A stretch of 64,000 bases of DNA, taken from positions 21,380 through 85,379 of IMG/VR virus record IMGVR_UViG_3300044673_000097. One strand, written 5' to 3'. Below the pieces are notes generated by a model, which was not told the origin of the DNA, searched no databases, and saw nothing but the letters and a program-made list of their open reading frames with translations. The translations under genes and the position numbers were made by a program. This document shows positions 1-9,074 of the stretch, in pieces. Within the stretch, counting starts at the first letter, position 1; the number at the start of each line of letters is the position of its first letter. The stretch comes from a virus.

Positions 1-418
1 ACGACAGGCGCAGCTCGTCGAGGAGCATCACGTCCTGGGTCGTCGTCTCGCAGAAGTAGGCGATGCCGATCAGCGCGGCCGTGTGCAGCGCCGCGTAATT
101 GGCCTTCGTCATCGTCGATTCGAGCCGGGTGCCAGACGAATCCGTCCACTCAGCCGAGTCGCGCGAATTCATGCGAGACACAAAGGGCCCCGCCGTTGCG
201 TGAGCCACGGTCCCGCCTGCCGTTCCCTGATTCGGAATCGCCGTGACGCGGCCTCCACTCACCGTGCGCCCAGGGTCGTCTACGCGAATCCAGACCGCCG
301 GGACCGCCGTCTGTCCCACCCAATTCGGAGACCATGGCGGCCGCCAGCGCTCCGTCCAAATGGCCGGTGGCACCGTGCCGGGCCTGATTCCAGTGAGGTC
401 GTCGCCGGTCGTTCCCAT
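1..418 (-). CDS. Partial virion/tail-fibre-associated protein (3' end outside window)
   Basis: ATG at 418 just after the stop of 422..2527; frame MGTTGDDLTGIRPG... stays open to the window edge. Confidence 0.6.
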   Translation of the reverse strand, partial: MGTTGDDLTGIRPGTVPPAIWTERWRPPWSPNWVGQTAVPAVWIRVDDPGRTVSGGRVTAIPNQGTAGGTVAHATAGPFVSRMNSRDSAEWTDSSGTRLESTMTKANYAALHTAALIGIAYFCETTTQDVMLLDELRLS

Positions 419-421
419 GGG

Positions 422-2527
422 TCACTCCAGGATTCCGACGATTTGCACGGAGAGCGTGTCGTCCCCGGTCGAGGTCTCCGTTGCCGTCACCTCGCAGCGA
501 GCATCGCGCTCCCACCGGCATCCGGCCGGGTCGATGGTCGTCGTGGTCTTGCCCCATGAGCCGCCCGACAGCGGCTCGATCCCCTGGTAGCTGTTCGACG
601 TGCAGACCTTCGCCGTCCAGGCGCCGAGCTGCACGTTGAGCTTTGGAGGATTTGCCGAGAGCGCACCGGCCGCGAACCGCAGCTGCGCCACGCGCAACGC
701 GGGGCCGGTATTCTCGACGTACGCGCCCAGGGACGACTCGAAGACCGTGGTCGTTCCGGGGAACGAATACGGCCCAGGGACGCCGCGCTTCTCGACGACG
801 ACCCTCGTCGAATCCCCGTACCACACGGCGAGGATCTTGGCCGAGCCCGTATCCAATGCAGGCCCGACGAGGTCGAGCTGCGTGGTCGTGATGGCGTCGC
901 ACAGCATCCACTTGAAAAAGCACACGTCCACGTAGCCCGCCGAGAAGGTGTCCCCGCTCACGACGATATTGCCGCCGAGTCCCGAGGTGTTGTCCGCGGT
1001 GATCGTGTGCGTGCCGAATCCTGTGATCGTGCCGGTGTGGCCGATGAGCTGCGCAGTCGTCGTGTTTGCCCCGCGGTACAGGTCGATCCTATAGTCCGAC
1101 CCTCCGAGCGAGACGCAGTTGCACCGAATGATTCCGTCGGACCGAAGCGCCGCGGCGACCAGGCCAGTCAGGCCCGAGGTCACCGTCCACGCGCCGCCGC
1201 CCGTGTTCGCTCGCTGCTCGTAGCCCGTCGAGTCGAGCACCCGAATCGGCGTACCCGGCTGCACCGACGCCATGTAATCGGCGCCGAGGGTGAGGCGCCC
1301 GGCATTGGCCGCGGTCGTCGTGAAGCTCGCGATCGAGGTCCAGGTCTGGGCGCCGCTCGACGGCGTCGACCAATCGATCGCGTTGGCCGCTCCCACCGTC
1401 AGGACTTTGCCCTCGGTGCCAACCGCGAGCACGACCCAACTCGTTCCGTTGTGCCAGAGGATCTGTCCCTTCGTCCCGCTCGGCAGGCTGGCGCCGGTCG
1501 GTGCCGTCCAGCCGACAGCGGACGCTGCTCCGACGGTGAGCACGTCGCCCTGTGAGCCGACGCCGAGCCCCGACCATCCCAGCCCGTCGTGCCAGACGAT
1601 CGTGCCCTTGACCCCCGCGGGGAATTGCGAGGGGATATTCTCCCAGAGGATCGTGCTCGACCCAGACGTCCGCAGCACCTGGCCCGTGACGCCCGAGTGC
1701 GAGATCGCGACCCACGACGTGCCATTGTGCCAGACCAGGTCGCCCTTGACGCCGGAGGGGAGAAACCCCGCCAGCGTGCCACCGTTCGCCGCGTTGGTGT
1801 GATTGTGCTGCGCGTTGGTGAAGTTGCCAATCGTGGGCGTCGTGAGGGTCTTATTGCTGAGGGCCTGGGAGCCCGTGAGCGTGACCACGTCCGAGCCGAT
1901 GTTGAGCGTGACCGAGCCCGCAGCGTTCGTGACGGTGATCGCATTCGTCGTGCCTTGCAGCGTCTTCCACTCCATCCCCACGCCGCCCGCATTCATGCCG
2001 GGGATCTGATTCGCCGCGGCACCCGCGAAGGTGTGCGTGTTCGAGGTCATGCCGTGGGCGACGGCACCCCCAGCACCCGCACCTTCGATTGCCGCGTTGA
2101 GCTTGGCGCAGTGGCCCGACGTGCGGTTGTATTCGTCCGTCTCCCCGACAGCCATGACGCGCAATCCACCGGGCGTCACGACGTTCACCTGAAGCGCTCG
2201 CGTGTATTCGATCCGCGATTGCCCGTTCGCATCGATGCCGCGGTTGATCGTCACGCACACGTTGACGCAGCGGCTCGACGCATTCGGCATGCGGAAGGTC
2301 GCGGTCTTGGTCGCCTGGTCGACGGTCACCGTAGGCAGCGGGGCGGCGAGCGTGAGCGGGTCCGCGGTGGGAATCGTCACGTCGATCACGTCGACCCCCG
2401 CCGTGGATTGCAGCTCGATCTTGATGTAGTCGTTCGCGGTGCAATCGATCGACGTGTCGTATGCGCCGAAAGACCAAGGCGCCGCGCCCGTCGCGGAATT
2501 GCCGAGGCGGAAGATCGGGGAAGGCAT
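422..2527 (-). CDS. Tail fibre protein
   Basis: 701 aa, Gly/Thr-rich; three (L/F)P(S/A)G(V/T)KGxxxWHxGxxW repeats and an LSNKTLTTPTI fibre motif; downstream of baseplate genes. Confidence 0.75.
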   Translation of the reverse strand: MPSPIFRLGNSATGAAPWSFGAYDTSIDCTANDYIKIELQSTAGVDVIDVTIPTADPLTLAAPLPTVTVDQATKTATFRMPNASSRCVNVCVTINRGIDANGQSRIEYTRALQVNVVTPGGLRVMAVGETDEYNRTSGHCAKLNAAIEGAGAGGAVAHGMTSNTHTFAGAAANQIPGMNAGGVGMEWKTLQGTTNAITVTNAAGSVTLNIGSDVVTLTGSQALSNKTLTTPTIGNFTNAQHNHTNAANGGTLAGFLPSGVKGDLVWHNGTSWVAISHSGVTGQVLRTSGSSTILWENIPSQFPAGVKGTIVWHDGLGWSGLGVGSQGDVLTVGAASAVGWTAPTGASLPSGTKGQILWHNGTSWVVLAVGTEGKVLTVGAANAIDWSTPSSGAQTWTSIASFTTTAANAGRLTLGADYMASVQPGTPIRVLDSTGYEQRANTGGGAWTVTSGLTGLVAAALRSDGIIRCNCVSLGGSDYRIDLYRGANTTTAQLIGHTGTITGFGTHTITADNTSGLGGNIVVSGDTFSAGYVDVCFFKWMLCDAITTTQLDLVGPALDTGSAKILAVWYGDSTRVVVEKRGVPGPYSFPGTTTVFESSLGAYVENTGPALRVAQLRFAAGALSANPPKLNVQLGAWTAKVCTSNSYQGIEPLSGGSWGKTTTTIDPAGCRWERDARCEVTATETSTGDDTLSVQIVGILE

Positions 2528-2530
2528 GGG

Positions 2531-4171
2531 TCAGCCCTTCTTCGTGAATCCGTTGAGGAGAATCAGCTTCGTCGTGGCGACGTTCTCGCGGACATTCGTC
2601 GTGCCCGTGCTCGCGGTGAGCGCCGAGCGGAACGCATCTGAAACACCGGCCACGCCGTATCGGGTCGTCAGATATCCGCCTGGGTACACGGACGCATGGA
2701 CGTTGCCCGTGCGCGAGACGTGCTGCCCGAATGCCCACACGAGCACCTCGTGATACCGCACGGCGCTCTCGAAGTCGGTGGGCTGCCCGGCAAGCAACGT
2801 CGTCAGCGTGGTGTCCACGGATGCGTGGAATGACGTGGGCGCGCCCGAGTCGTGCATCCGATTGCCCACGTGATCGCGGAACACGGACCACAATTCCTGC
2901 ACCGCCGAGACGTAGGAATCGCGGTCGGACGGGTACGCGATGACGTATTGCGAATGGGCATCGCCCGTGATCGCGTGGTAGTCGATGCCCGTGTCGGCGT
3001 TCTGAAGCGAACGGTGCGTGCCGTATCGCAGCTTCATGTTGTTCATGCGCGCGACGGCGGTCGCCTCGCTGGTCGCCTTCGGGTACGTGACCGAGTCCAG
3101 CCGGTTCTCTCCCGGCGCGTAGTGGATTCCAGCCAGTCCCGCCGCGCCATACGTGCGCCCGATGTGCCCGTCGAAGACGCGCCACAGGAGATTGGTGCGA
3201 GCAATGCGGTCGGCCAGCGTCGCCCCGCCCGCGAGGTCTGCCACGCCTGCCATGTCGGCCGCGACGAACGGGTCGGCACCGCCGTGTAGCACGCCGCCGG
3301 GGTCGCCAACGGTCTTCGCGGCGTGCCCGACGATTGCGTCGCGCAGGTCGTTCAGCAGGGTCACCTGTGAGGCTGCATTGCCCGCGGCGGCATCGGGTGA
3401 AACGACGGTGTTCGTGTTGTCCACCGCCGCATGTACCGCGAGCGGGTACTCGATCACGATGTGCTCGTTGATCTGCGCGATCAAGTGCACGAGGTCGAGC
3501 AGGATATTCGACGAGCCGATCTCGTCCCAATCGATGATCAGCGAGGTTTCGCCATACGCCGCGTCACCGTATCGGTGGTAGTCGTCGCCCCAGCCGCCCA
3601 TGTCTTGCACGGCCTGCGCTACGGTGGCGGCCATTGCCGCCGACTTCGCCGCGTCGCTGCTCGCCGTCGTGTCGAGCACGGGGCAGCGGGACGCGTCGGC
3701 GAATCGGGTCACGACGCCCCATGTCGTCGGCGCCGTCTGGTAGTTCCAGTCGGCGTGCGTGCACAGGCGCATCACCACGTCGTCTGGTTCGATTCCGATG
3801 CGACGTTGGAGCGAATCCCCGACCACGACGGAACACGTCGCCGTGCTCCATGGCGTGATCTCGATCGTCCCGGCTGCGGAACCAGCGTGCGCTGGGCTCG
3901 CGTCCCCTAGGTCGTTGCTGAATCGCGGCGGGATGTTCGTCTCGGATTCCTCGACGAGCTGCACATCGTAGACGCCGCCGACATCGGGCGTGATCTGGTT
4001 GTTGGGCAGCCAATTCTCGGCGCCCGCATCCCAGATCGGCAGCGCGGATCCCGGCGGCGCGGACAGCAATCGACACCTGACGCGCGTGCCTTCGTCGAAG
4101 GTCGCGGTGATGGTGACCGTCTCGCCAGCGAATGGGAATCGCAGGTCGCGGCTGATGGAGTTGATGGTCAT
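2531..4171 (-). CDS. Putative virion structural protein (N-terminal Ig/PKD-like segment)
   Basis: 546 aa in the tightly packed tail operon; N-terminal LLSAPPGS...ITPDVGGVYDVQLV resembles PKD-type strands. Confidence 0.5.
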   Translation of the reverse strand: MTINSISRDLRFPFAGETVTITATFDEGTRVRCRLLSAPPGSALPIWDAGAENWLPNNQITPDVGGVYDVQLVEESETNIPPRFSNDLGDASPAHAGSAAGTIEITPWSTATCSVVVGDSLQRRIGIEPDDVVMRLCTHADWNYQTAPTTWGVVTRFADASRCPVLDTTASSDAAKSAAMAATVAQAVQDMGGWGDDYHRYGDAAYGETSLIIDWDEIGSSNILLDLVHLIAQINEHIVIEYPLAVHAAVDNTNTVVSPDAAAGNAASQVTLLNDLRDAIVGHAAKTVGDPGGVLHGGADPFVAADMAGVADLAGGATLADRIARTNLLWRVFDGHIGRTYGAAGLAGIHYAPGENRLDSVTYPKATSEATAVARMNNMKLRYGTHRSLQNADTGIDYHAITGDAHSQYVIAYPSDRDSYVSAVQELWSVFRDHVGNRMHDSGAPTSFHASVDTTLTTLLAGQPTDFESAVRYHEVLVWAFGQHVSRTGNVHASVYPGGYLTTRYGVAGVSDAFRSALTASTGTTNVRENVATTKLILLNGFTKKG

Positions 4172-4174
4172 GGA

Positions 4175-4795
4175 TCAGCGCCACAGCGAGAAGTCGGCGC
4201 CACCCTCGGCGGTGTCGACCGTCATCTGCGCCTGAATCGAGCACAGCTTCGCGTCGAGCGCATTCGCCCCGCCTTCGGGCATGATCTGCGCGACGTAGTG
4301 GTAAGCGGCGTTGTTGACGACTTCGTTGAGCCCGAGCACGTCGAGGTACACGCCGCCCACGTCCTCGTAGACCGGGACGCTCACCCACGTGTACGTCACC
4401 GAGCCGAGCGAGGTCAGGGTGCCTTGGATCGAGATCTTCGCGATCGAGAGCGATGGCAATGTCGCGGGCTGCGCGCCGTGTACGCCGCCGGGCATCAGAA
4501 CCACGCGCACGCCCGTGAGCGTGTGCCCGTGCAGAAGGTTGAGCGAGAACACCGCGCCGATTGCCCCGCCGACAATCCCCTTGAGGTAGTGCGCCCCGTT
4601 GAAGTACAGCGGCGTCTTATCCCCGGCGCTGTCGGTGCTGCCGCAGTACGTGATCGGCAGTGCCTTGAGCCCGCCAACTGTCGACGAGCGCTTGATTGCC
4701 GCCGCCGCATTCGTGTCGATGGTGTTCGCCTGCGTCGGGGTGAGCAGGTCGCCTTGCGCCCAATTCGCAGCATTCGCGCGGACATTCGCAGCCAT
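4175..4795 (-). CDS. Putative tail/baseplate-associated structural protein
   Basis: 206 aa; WAQGDLLTPTQANTID N-terminal motif typical of fibre-proximal proteins; operon position. Confidence 0.5.
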   Translation of the reverse strand: MAANVRANAANWAQGDLLTPTQANTIDTNAAAAIKRSSTVGGLKALPITYCGSTDSAGDKTPLYFNGAHYLKGIVGGAIGAVFSLNLLHGHTLTGVRVVLMPGGVHGAQPATLPSLSIAKISIQGTLTSLGSVTYTWVSVPVYEDVGGVYLDVLGLNEVVNNAAYHYVAQIMPEGGANALDAKLCSIQAQMTVDTAEGGADFSLWR

Positions 4796-4803
4796 GTTCT
4801 ACC

Positions 4804-5478
4804 TCAGAGGACAGCAAGACCGAGTTTCGAGACGCCCACGCGGAATCCGTACGTGCCGCCCTCGGCGGTCTCATGGAAGTTGAACGTGCACCACGCGGGC
4901 AGGTATTCGTCGAGCGAGGCTCGAGCGGCATCGACCCGGCCACGCGCATCGTCGTCGGTGGCGCCAGCGGGGCGCACGTATTCGATCGTGATGTTCGCGA
5001 CCGAGCTCGTCCACGCCGTCGGCTCGCTCGTCACCGGCCAATGCATCACAGCCGTCGCTGCGTCGTTGTAGTGCGCAACAGCGGTCCACGGGGCGAACGC
5101 TTCGGTGATCATGCGCGAGATCGAGCCCGAGCCGCCGGAGTAGTACGCGAGCAGTCGAGCCGCGACGCGATTGCGCCGGATCTGATCGGAGTCGTTGACG
5201 CTCGCCGTGATGCCGAGGATCGCTTCCCATCGCGACAGGCGGGGTTCCGTCAGCTTGCGCGGGTCGGATCCCTGAATGACGCGGCGGTCGATTGCCCGGT
5301 CGGCAAGCGAAAGCAGGCGTGCGGCGGCCACGTTCTCCGCGTCGGCAAGCGTCCCGGGTTCGGTGGCAAGCGCGGTCCCCAGCTCGGACTTGATCGAATC
5401 GTAGATCTTCGTGATTCGCCGCGTGCTGTTCGCCCCGAATTGCCGGGGGAATGGCGAGCGCCAGGTGCCGAATGCCAT
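4804..5478 (-). CDS. Baseplate protein (Mu gp48/YmfQ-like)
   Basis: LSRWEAILGI...RRNRVAARL and LPAW motifs; follows baseplate J. Confidence 0.7.
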   Translation of the reverse strand: MAFGTWRSPFPRQFGANSTRRITKIYDSIKSELGTALATEPGTLADAENVAAARLLSLADRAIDRRVIQGSDPRKLTEPRLSRWEAILGITASVNDSDQIRRNRVAARLLAYYSGGSGSISRMITEAFAPWTAVAHYNDAATAVMHWPVTSEPTAWTSSVANITIEYVRPAGATDDDARGRVDAARASLDEYLPAWCTFNFHETAEGGTYGFRVGVSKLGLAVL

Positions 5479-5479
5479 C

Positions 5480-5974
5480 TCAGTACACCGTCACGAAGAC
5501 GCGCTTGTCGGCCACGACGTTGCCGTCGTATCGGTACACGAGCACCTGCACCTGATTCGGCGCAATGGCCTCGGCAGGGGCGAAGAAGTACGGGAATGCG
5601 AGCGACGTTGCGGCCACGGTTGCGTGCGCACCCATGAAGTTCGGCGCGCGCTTGACCCTGCGATCGGGCGTCGGGTTCAGATCGTAATACCCATCGACCG
5701 CCCACGTCAGGGTGTAGTCGCCCATGGCATTGCGCGTGACGGTGGGGCGCACCGAAACATCGTTTCCCCACACGCTGTCGTACTTCAGGATCGTCTGGTC
5801 GGAATCGATCAGGATGATGGCCTTGGGCGTCACGTGCGTCATGGCGGCGCAGTCGACGGCGTGCTTCTCGTAGGTCGCTGCGGTCTGCTCAGTCGTCGGA
5901 TCGACGACGCCCTGGGTGTCGTAGTCGCTGAACGGCAGCCCGTACTCTACGGGGTCGCTTACATTGGGGAGCAT
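5480..5974 (-). CDS. Hypothetical baseplate-region protein
   Basis: 164 aa ORF packed between baseplate genes. Confidence 0.55.
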   Translation of the reverse strand: MLPNVSDPVEYGLPFSDYDTQGVVDPTTEQTAATYEKHAVDCAAMTHVTPKAIILIDSDQTILKYDSVWGNDVSVRPTVTRNAMGDYTLTWAVDGYYDLNPTPDRRVKRAPNFMGAHATVAATSLAFPYFFAPAEAIAPNQVQVLVYRYDGNVVADKRVFVTVY

Positions 5975-5981
5975 GCGGACC

Positions 5982-7463
5982 TCACAGCTTGTGAATGGCG
6001 AGCTTGCCGAGGGTCAGAATATTGGGGGCCGTCGCGACGGTGGGGATCGCGGGGAGCGACGGGGCAATCGTCGCCACGTGCGTGATCTCGGTGTGCGCCG
6101 TCGACAGCGCGCCGATCTGCACCGACGTGAGCGCCGACGGCCACGATTCGGTCACAAGCGGGCGACGGTACGAGCGGGGCAAGAGGAGCGCCGATGACGT
6201 TTCCTCGCCGGGCCCGAGCGTGGCGAACTGCTCGATCAGCGTCGATGCGTAGTCGTCGAGCTTGTCGGCATCGGGCGAGATGTAGTCGCCACTCTGCAGG
6301 ATCGAGGTGTCGATCGGGTCGAGCAGCGTCAGGTTGTAGACGAATCCAGCGGACAGCGCGACGGTGGCAATCCTCGTGTGCACGAACTTTCGTCGCGACC
6401 GGCTCCAGATTGCGATACGGCTTCCGACGAGCGGGGTGTTGCCACCGGCCACGGTGTCGACCTGAATCGTCATCGCGTTCGTGGGGGCGGCCTCGAGATG
6501 CGCCGGGGTCGTGGCGACGTACTTCGGCCAGTGCAGAGCCGTGCCGTCAATCCACCCGCCACCGCTTCCGCCGTCTTCGACCGGGAGCGGGATCGTCGCG
6601 CGCAGGTAGACGTTCACGTCTTCGTCCGTCACCGATTGCGTCAGCACGTCAGCGTGTTCGGGGTCGGCCGCGACGACGGCGAGGGCAACGGAATTGACGA
6701 GCGCCACGGACGCCTCGCGGGAGTAGTACGTCTCCGCGGTGGGCTCGACAGCGATGACGACATCGACGGTCGACGGACCGCGGCGCGCCGGGTAGCAGAA
6801 CGCTTTTTGGACGGCCGCATTCGCCTCGGCCCATTCGACGTAATGCGCCCACGAGCCCGACTGCGCGGGATGCCTGAGCGAGTCCTGGAACCGGCGTCGA
6901 AGGCGCGCGTTGTTGTCGGGGTCGGCGCCATTGGTCAGGCCGCCCGGCCCAACCTTGCATTTGGTGTCGCTGCCAGCCGGGGGAGAAGTCCAGGTGAGCT
7001 CAACGCCTTCGACGCGCTCGGTGCGCTTGCCCACGTCGACGCCAATGACCGGAACGAGCCCGCCATTGTTCGTCGTGGTGGAGGTCACGACCTTGTAGCG
7101 CAACCCGTCCGCAGCCCGGCATTCCGAGTCTTTCGCGTACGTGACGACGCCGCTCGTCGTGACCCTGACGTTGCCCTGCGCTCCAGCCCCCAGCGAAGGC
7201 TCCATGCCGCGCCACACCCGGGCCAATCGGATGAGGTCGTCGCCAAGTGCGGAGTCGGGCATCGTCGCGTCTTGCAGCGCCACGTTGCGGGCCATGATCT
7301 CGAGCACTGGGCTGGCGTACGCGTCGCCACGGATCGCAATCTCGGAGCCCGGTGCGACATTGGGATTGGTCACGCCAGCACGGATTCTCCCGAGCCTCAC
7401 GTCTCGGCAGAAGCGATCGGACAGCGCGTTGAGCGAAGGCAGTTCGATGCGAGTGATCGCCAT
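5982..7463 (-). CDS. Baseplate J-like wedge protein (Mu gp47-like)
   Basis: PDSAxGxxL, GGLTNGADPD..LRRR, GSWAHYVEWA and YPARRGPSTVDV motifs; start taken at MAITRIE (7463). Confidence 0.85.
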   Translation of the reverse strand: MAITRIELPSLNALSDRFCRDVRLGRIRAGVTNPNVAPGSEIAIRGDAYASPVLEIMARNVALQDATMPDSALGDDLIRLARVWRGMEPSLGAGAQGNVRVTTSGVVTYAKDSECRAADGLRYKVVTSTTTNNGGLVPVIGVDVGKRTERVEGVELTWTSPPAGSDTKCKVGPGGLTNGADPDNNARLRRRFQDSLRHPAQSGSWAHYVEWAEANAAVQKAFCYPARRGPSTVDVVIAVEPTAETYYSREASVALVNSVALAVVAADPEHADVLTQSVTDEDVNVYLRATIPLPVEDGGSGGGWIDGTALHWPKYVATTPAHLEAAPTNAMTIQVDTVAGGNTPLVGSRIAIWSRSRRKFVHTRIATVALSAGFVYNLTLLDPIDTSILQSGDYISPDADKLDDYASTLIEQFATLGPGEETSSALLLPRSYRRPLVTESWPSALTSVQIGALSTAHTEITHVATIAPSLPAIPTVATAPNILTLGKLAIHKL

Positions 7464-7465
7464 GG

Positions 7466-7936
7466 TCAGCGTCCAATCGGTGCGGTGCTGGTGTGTTGCG
7501 TGCGCCTGCGCAGGTCGGTCCACGTCACGAGCGCATAGACGGAGGTCCCATTGACCTCGACATCCACTGAATCAAGCCGAACCGAACGGTCGGTGATGAC
7601 GGGCTGAAGGGCCACGCGCACGAACTCGTAGACCTCTGGCTGAATGGTGTCGTTCGCCGATGCGGGAGGCGTCAGGCCGAACTCCTGCGTCGAGATTCGC
7701 GAACCACGAATCGTCTTGAGGCAGAAGTACACGCGCTGGGCGGTGTCGCTCATGCCCGTCTCAGAGCCGTTCGCGTCGAGCACCACATCGCCCGTGCGCG
7801 GGTCGAACTCGGTGCTGGACACGGCGCCCGTGGTGCTCGTGTGATACCCAGCAGCGACGAGCGCGGGGGATTCGACGGGCACACCTACGCCGGCCGGCGC
7901 AATCCCTGCGGGGGCTGTTCCATATCCAGCGCTCAT
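7466..7936 (-). CDS. Baseplate wedge protein (gp25/gp46-like)
   Basis: LKTIRGS...EFG and VRVALQP motifs; directly upstream of J. Confidence 0.7.
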   Translation of the reverse strand: MSAGYGTAPAGIAPAGVGVPVESPALVAAGYHTSTTGAVSSTEFDPRTGDVVLDANGSETGMSDTAQRVYFCLKTIRGSRISTQEFGLTPPASANDTIQPEVYEFVRVALQPVITDRSVRLDSVDVEVNGTSVYALVTWTDLRRRTQHTSTAPIGR

Positions 7937-8760
7937 GCCCCGAACTCATTGACGGCCAAGGCGTCGGCTCGAATGCTCTGCGCAAGGTCTTCGGTACGTT
8001 GCCCAGCCGGCTGCGGAAGAGCCCACAGTTCCAGATTGGATGGCCTATTATCGGCGCGATTGCCATTCTTGTGGTGGACGTTTTCCGTTGGCAGAAGCGC
8101 TCTCCCCAGCGTCATCGACATGATGAGCCTGTGCTCACCCATCTTGCCGTTGCTTGCCGATCCAGGGTGCCCAGGCACGTGCACCTGAACGTAGCCATCT
8201 CTCCCAATCGCTCCAGCGTTGAGGCTCAACGCCGGAGATTCCGCGCCAAACGCAAGTTGCTCTTCATAGTGTGGCTTGCAAATGCGGCCTACGAATGCAA
8301 CGTGTTCGCACCCAACGATGGAGCATCTGCAACGGCGCGACTCCGATGAGAATCTGCGCCTATCGACCAGACCAACCGGTCCGACATCGCCCGTGGCGAT
8401 GGTCCTGCCGTAGTGCATCAGGCAAAACCCCTTCGATCTGGCGATTCTGCTGCACCCTTCCACCGCGCACGTGCGCAATTCTCCAGCCGCGCGTTCCCGA
8501 CTTGTCAGCCCATCGAAGTTCTCTGGCTTCCCCTGCATGTACCACCTGGAAAGGTGGAGTCTGCACATCCCGTCGCTTACCATCAGTCCGTTGCAGCCGT
8601 CGAACTTGCATACACGAGGCGCGTTCGGATCTCGGCGTGGTCTTGACGCTCGTCCAGCCTTCGGGTCGCCATACCGCGTCAGGCGATGCCAATGGGGATT
8701 ACACACGCCCCTGGCGACTGCCTTTCGATCGCAGCCTTCGACGCTACAATTAGCTTTCAT
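7933..8760 (-). CDS. Free-standing HNH homing endonuclease with repeated Cys/His zinc-binding modules
   Basis: C-terminal EHRLIM...[21 protein letters not shown] (HNH_3 type); four CxxxGC-x7/8-GxCxxH-like units. Confidence 0.85.
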   Translation of the reverse strand: MKANCSVEGCDRKAVARGVCNPHWHRLTRYGDPKAGRASRPRRDPNAPRVCKFDGCNGLMVSDGMCRLHLSRWYMQGKPENFDGLTSRERAAGELRTCAVEGCSRIARSKGFCLMHYGRTIATGDVGPVGLVDRRRFSSESRRCRCSIVGCEHVAFVGRICKPHYEEQLAFGAESPALSLNAGAIGRDGYVQVHVPGHPGSASNGKMGEHRLIMSMTLGRALLPTENVHHKNGNRADNRPSNLELWALPQPAGQRTEDLAQSIRADALAVNEFGA

Positions 8761-9074
8761 GATTGAACCAAATCCAGCGGGCAAGGGGGCAGAAGCTGGT
8801 AGGGGATCGACGGCACGGGGATCGACAGCGAAATCGAAGGCAGCTTGATGCCGATCTTGAAGCTCAGGGAGAGCGACGGAATCGACAGCGAGAACGATGG
8901 AAGCTGAATCGTCGGAAGCGCGAGGCTGATGCTCGGCAGCTTGATCGCGATTCGGAAGCTGATGCCCAGCGACGGGATCTCAAGGCTGATGACGGCCAGC
9001 GTGATGGTCGGAAGCGACAGCGAGATCGACGGCAGGCGGATGCTGAACGGCAGCTTCCACTTGCACAGGCTCAT
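8757..9074 (-). CDS. Small Leu/Ile/Ser/Pro repeat protein
   Basis: 105 aa with three I(K/R)LPSISL(S/A)(L/I)P units about 32 aa apart; ATGA-type overlaps with both neighbours. Confidence 0.6.
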   Translation of the reverse strand: MSLCKWKLPFSIRLPSISLSLPTITLAVISLEIPSLGISFRIAIKLPSISLALPTIQLPSFSLSIPSLSLSFKIGIKLPSISLSIPVPSIPYQLLPPCPLDLVQS

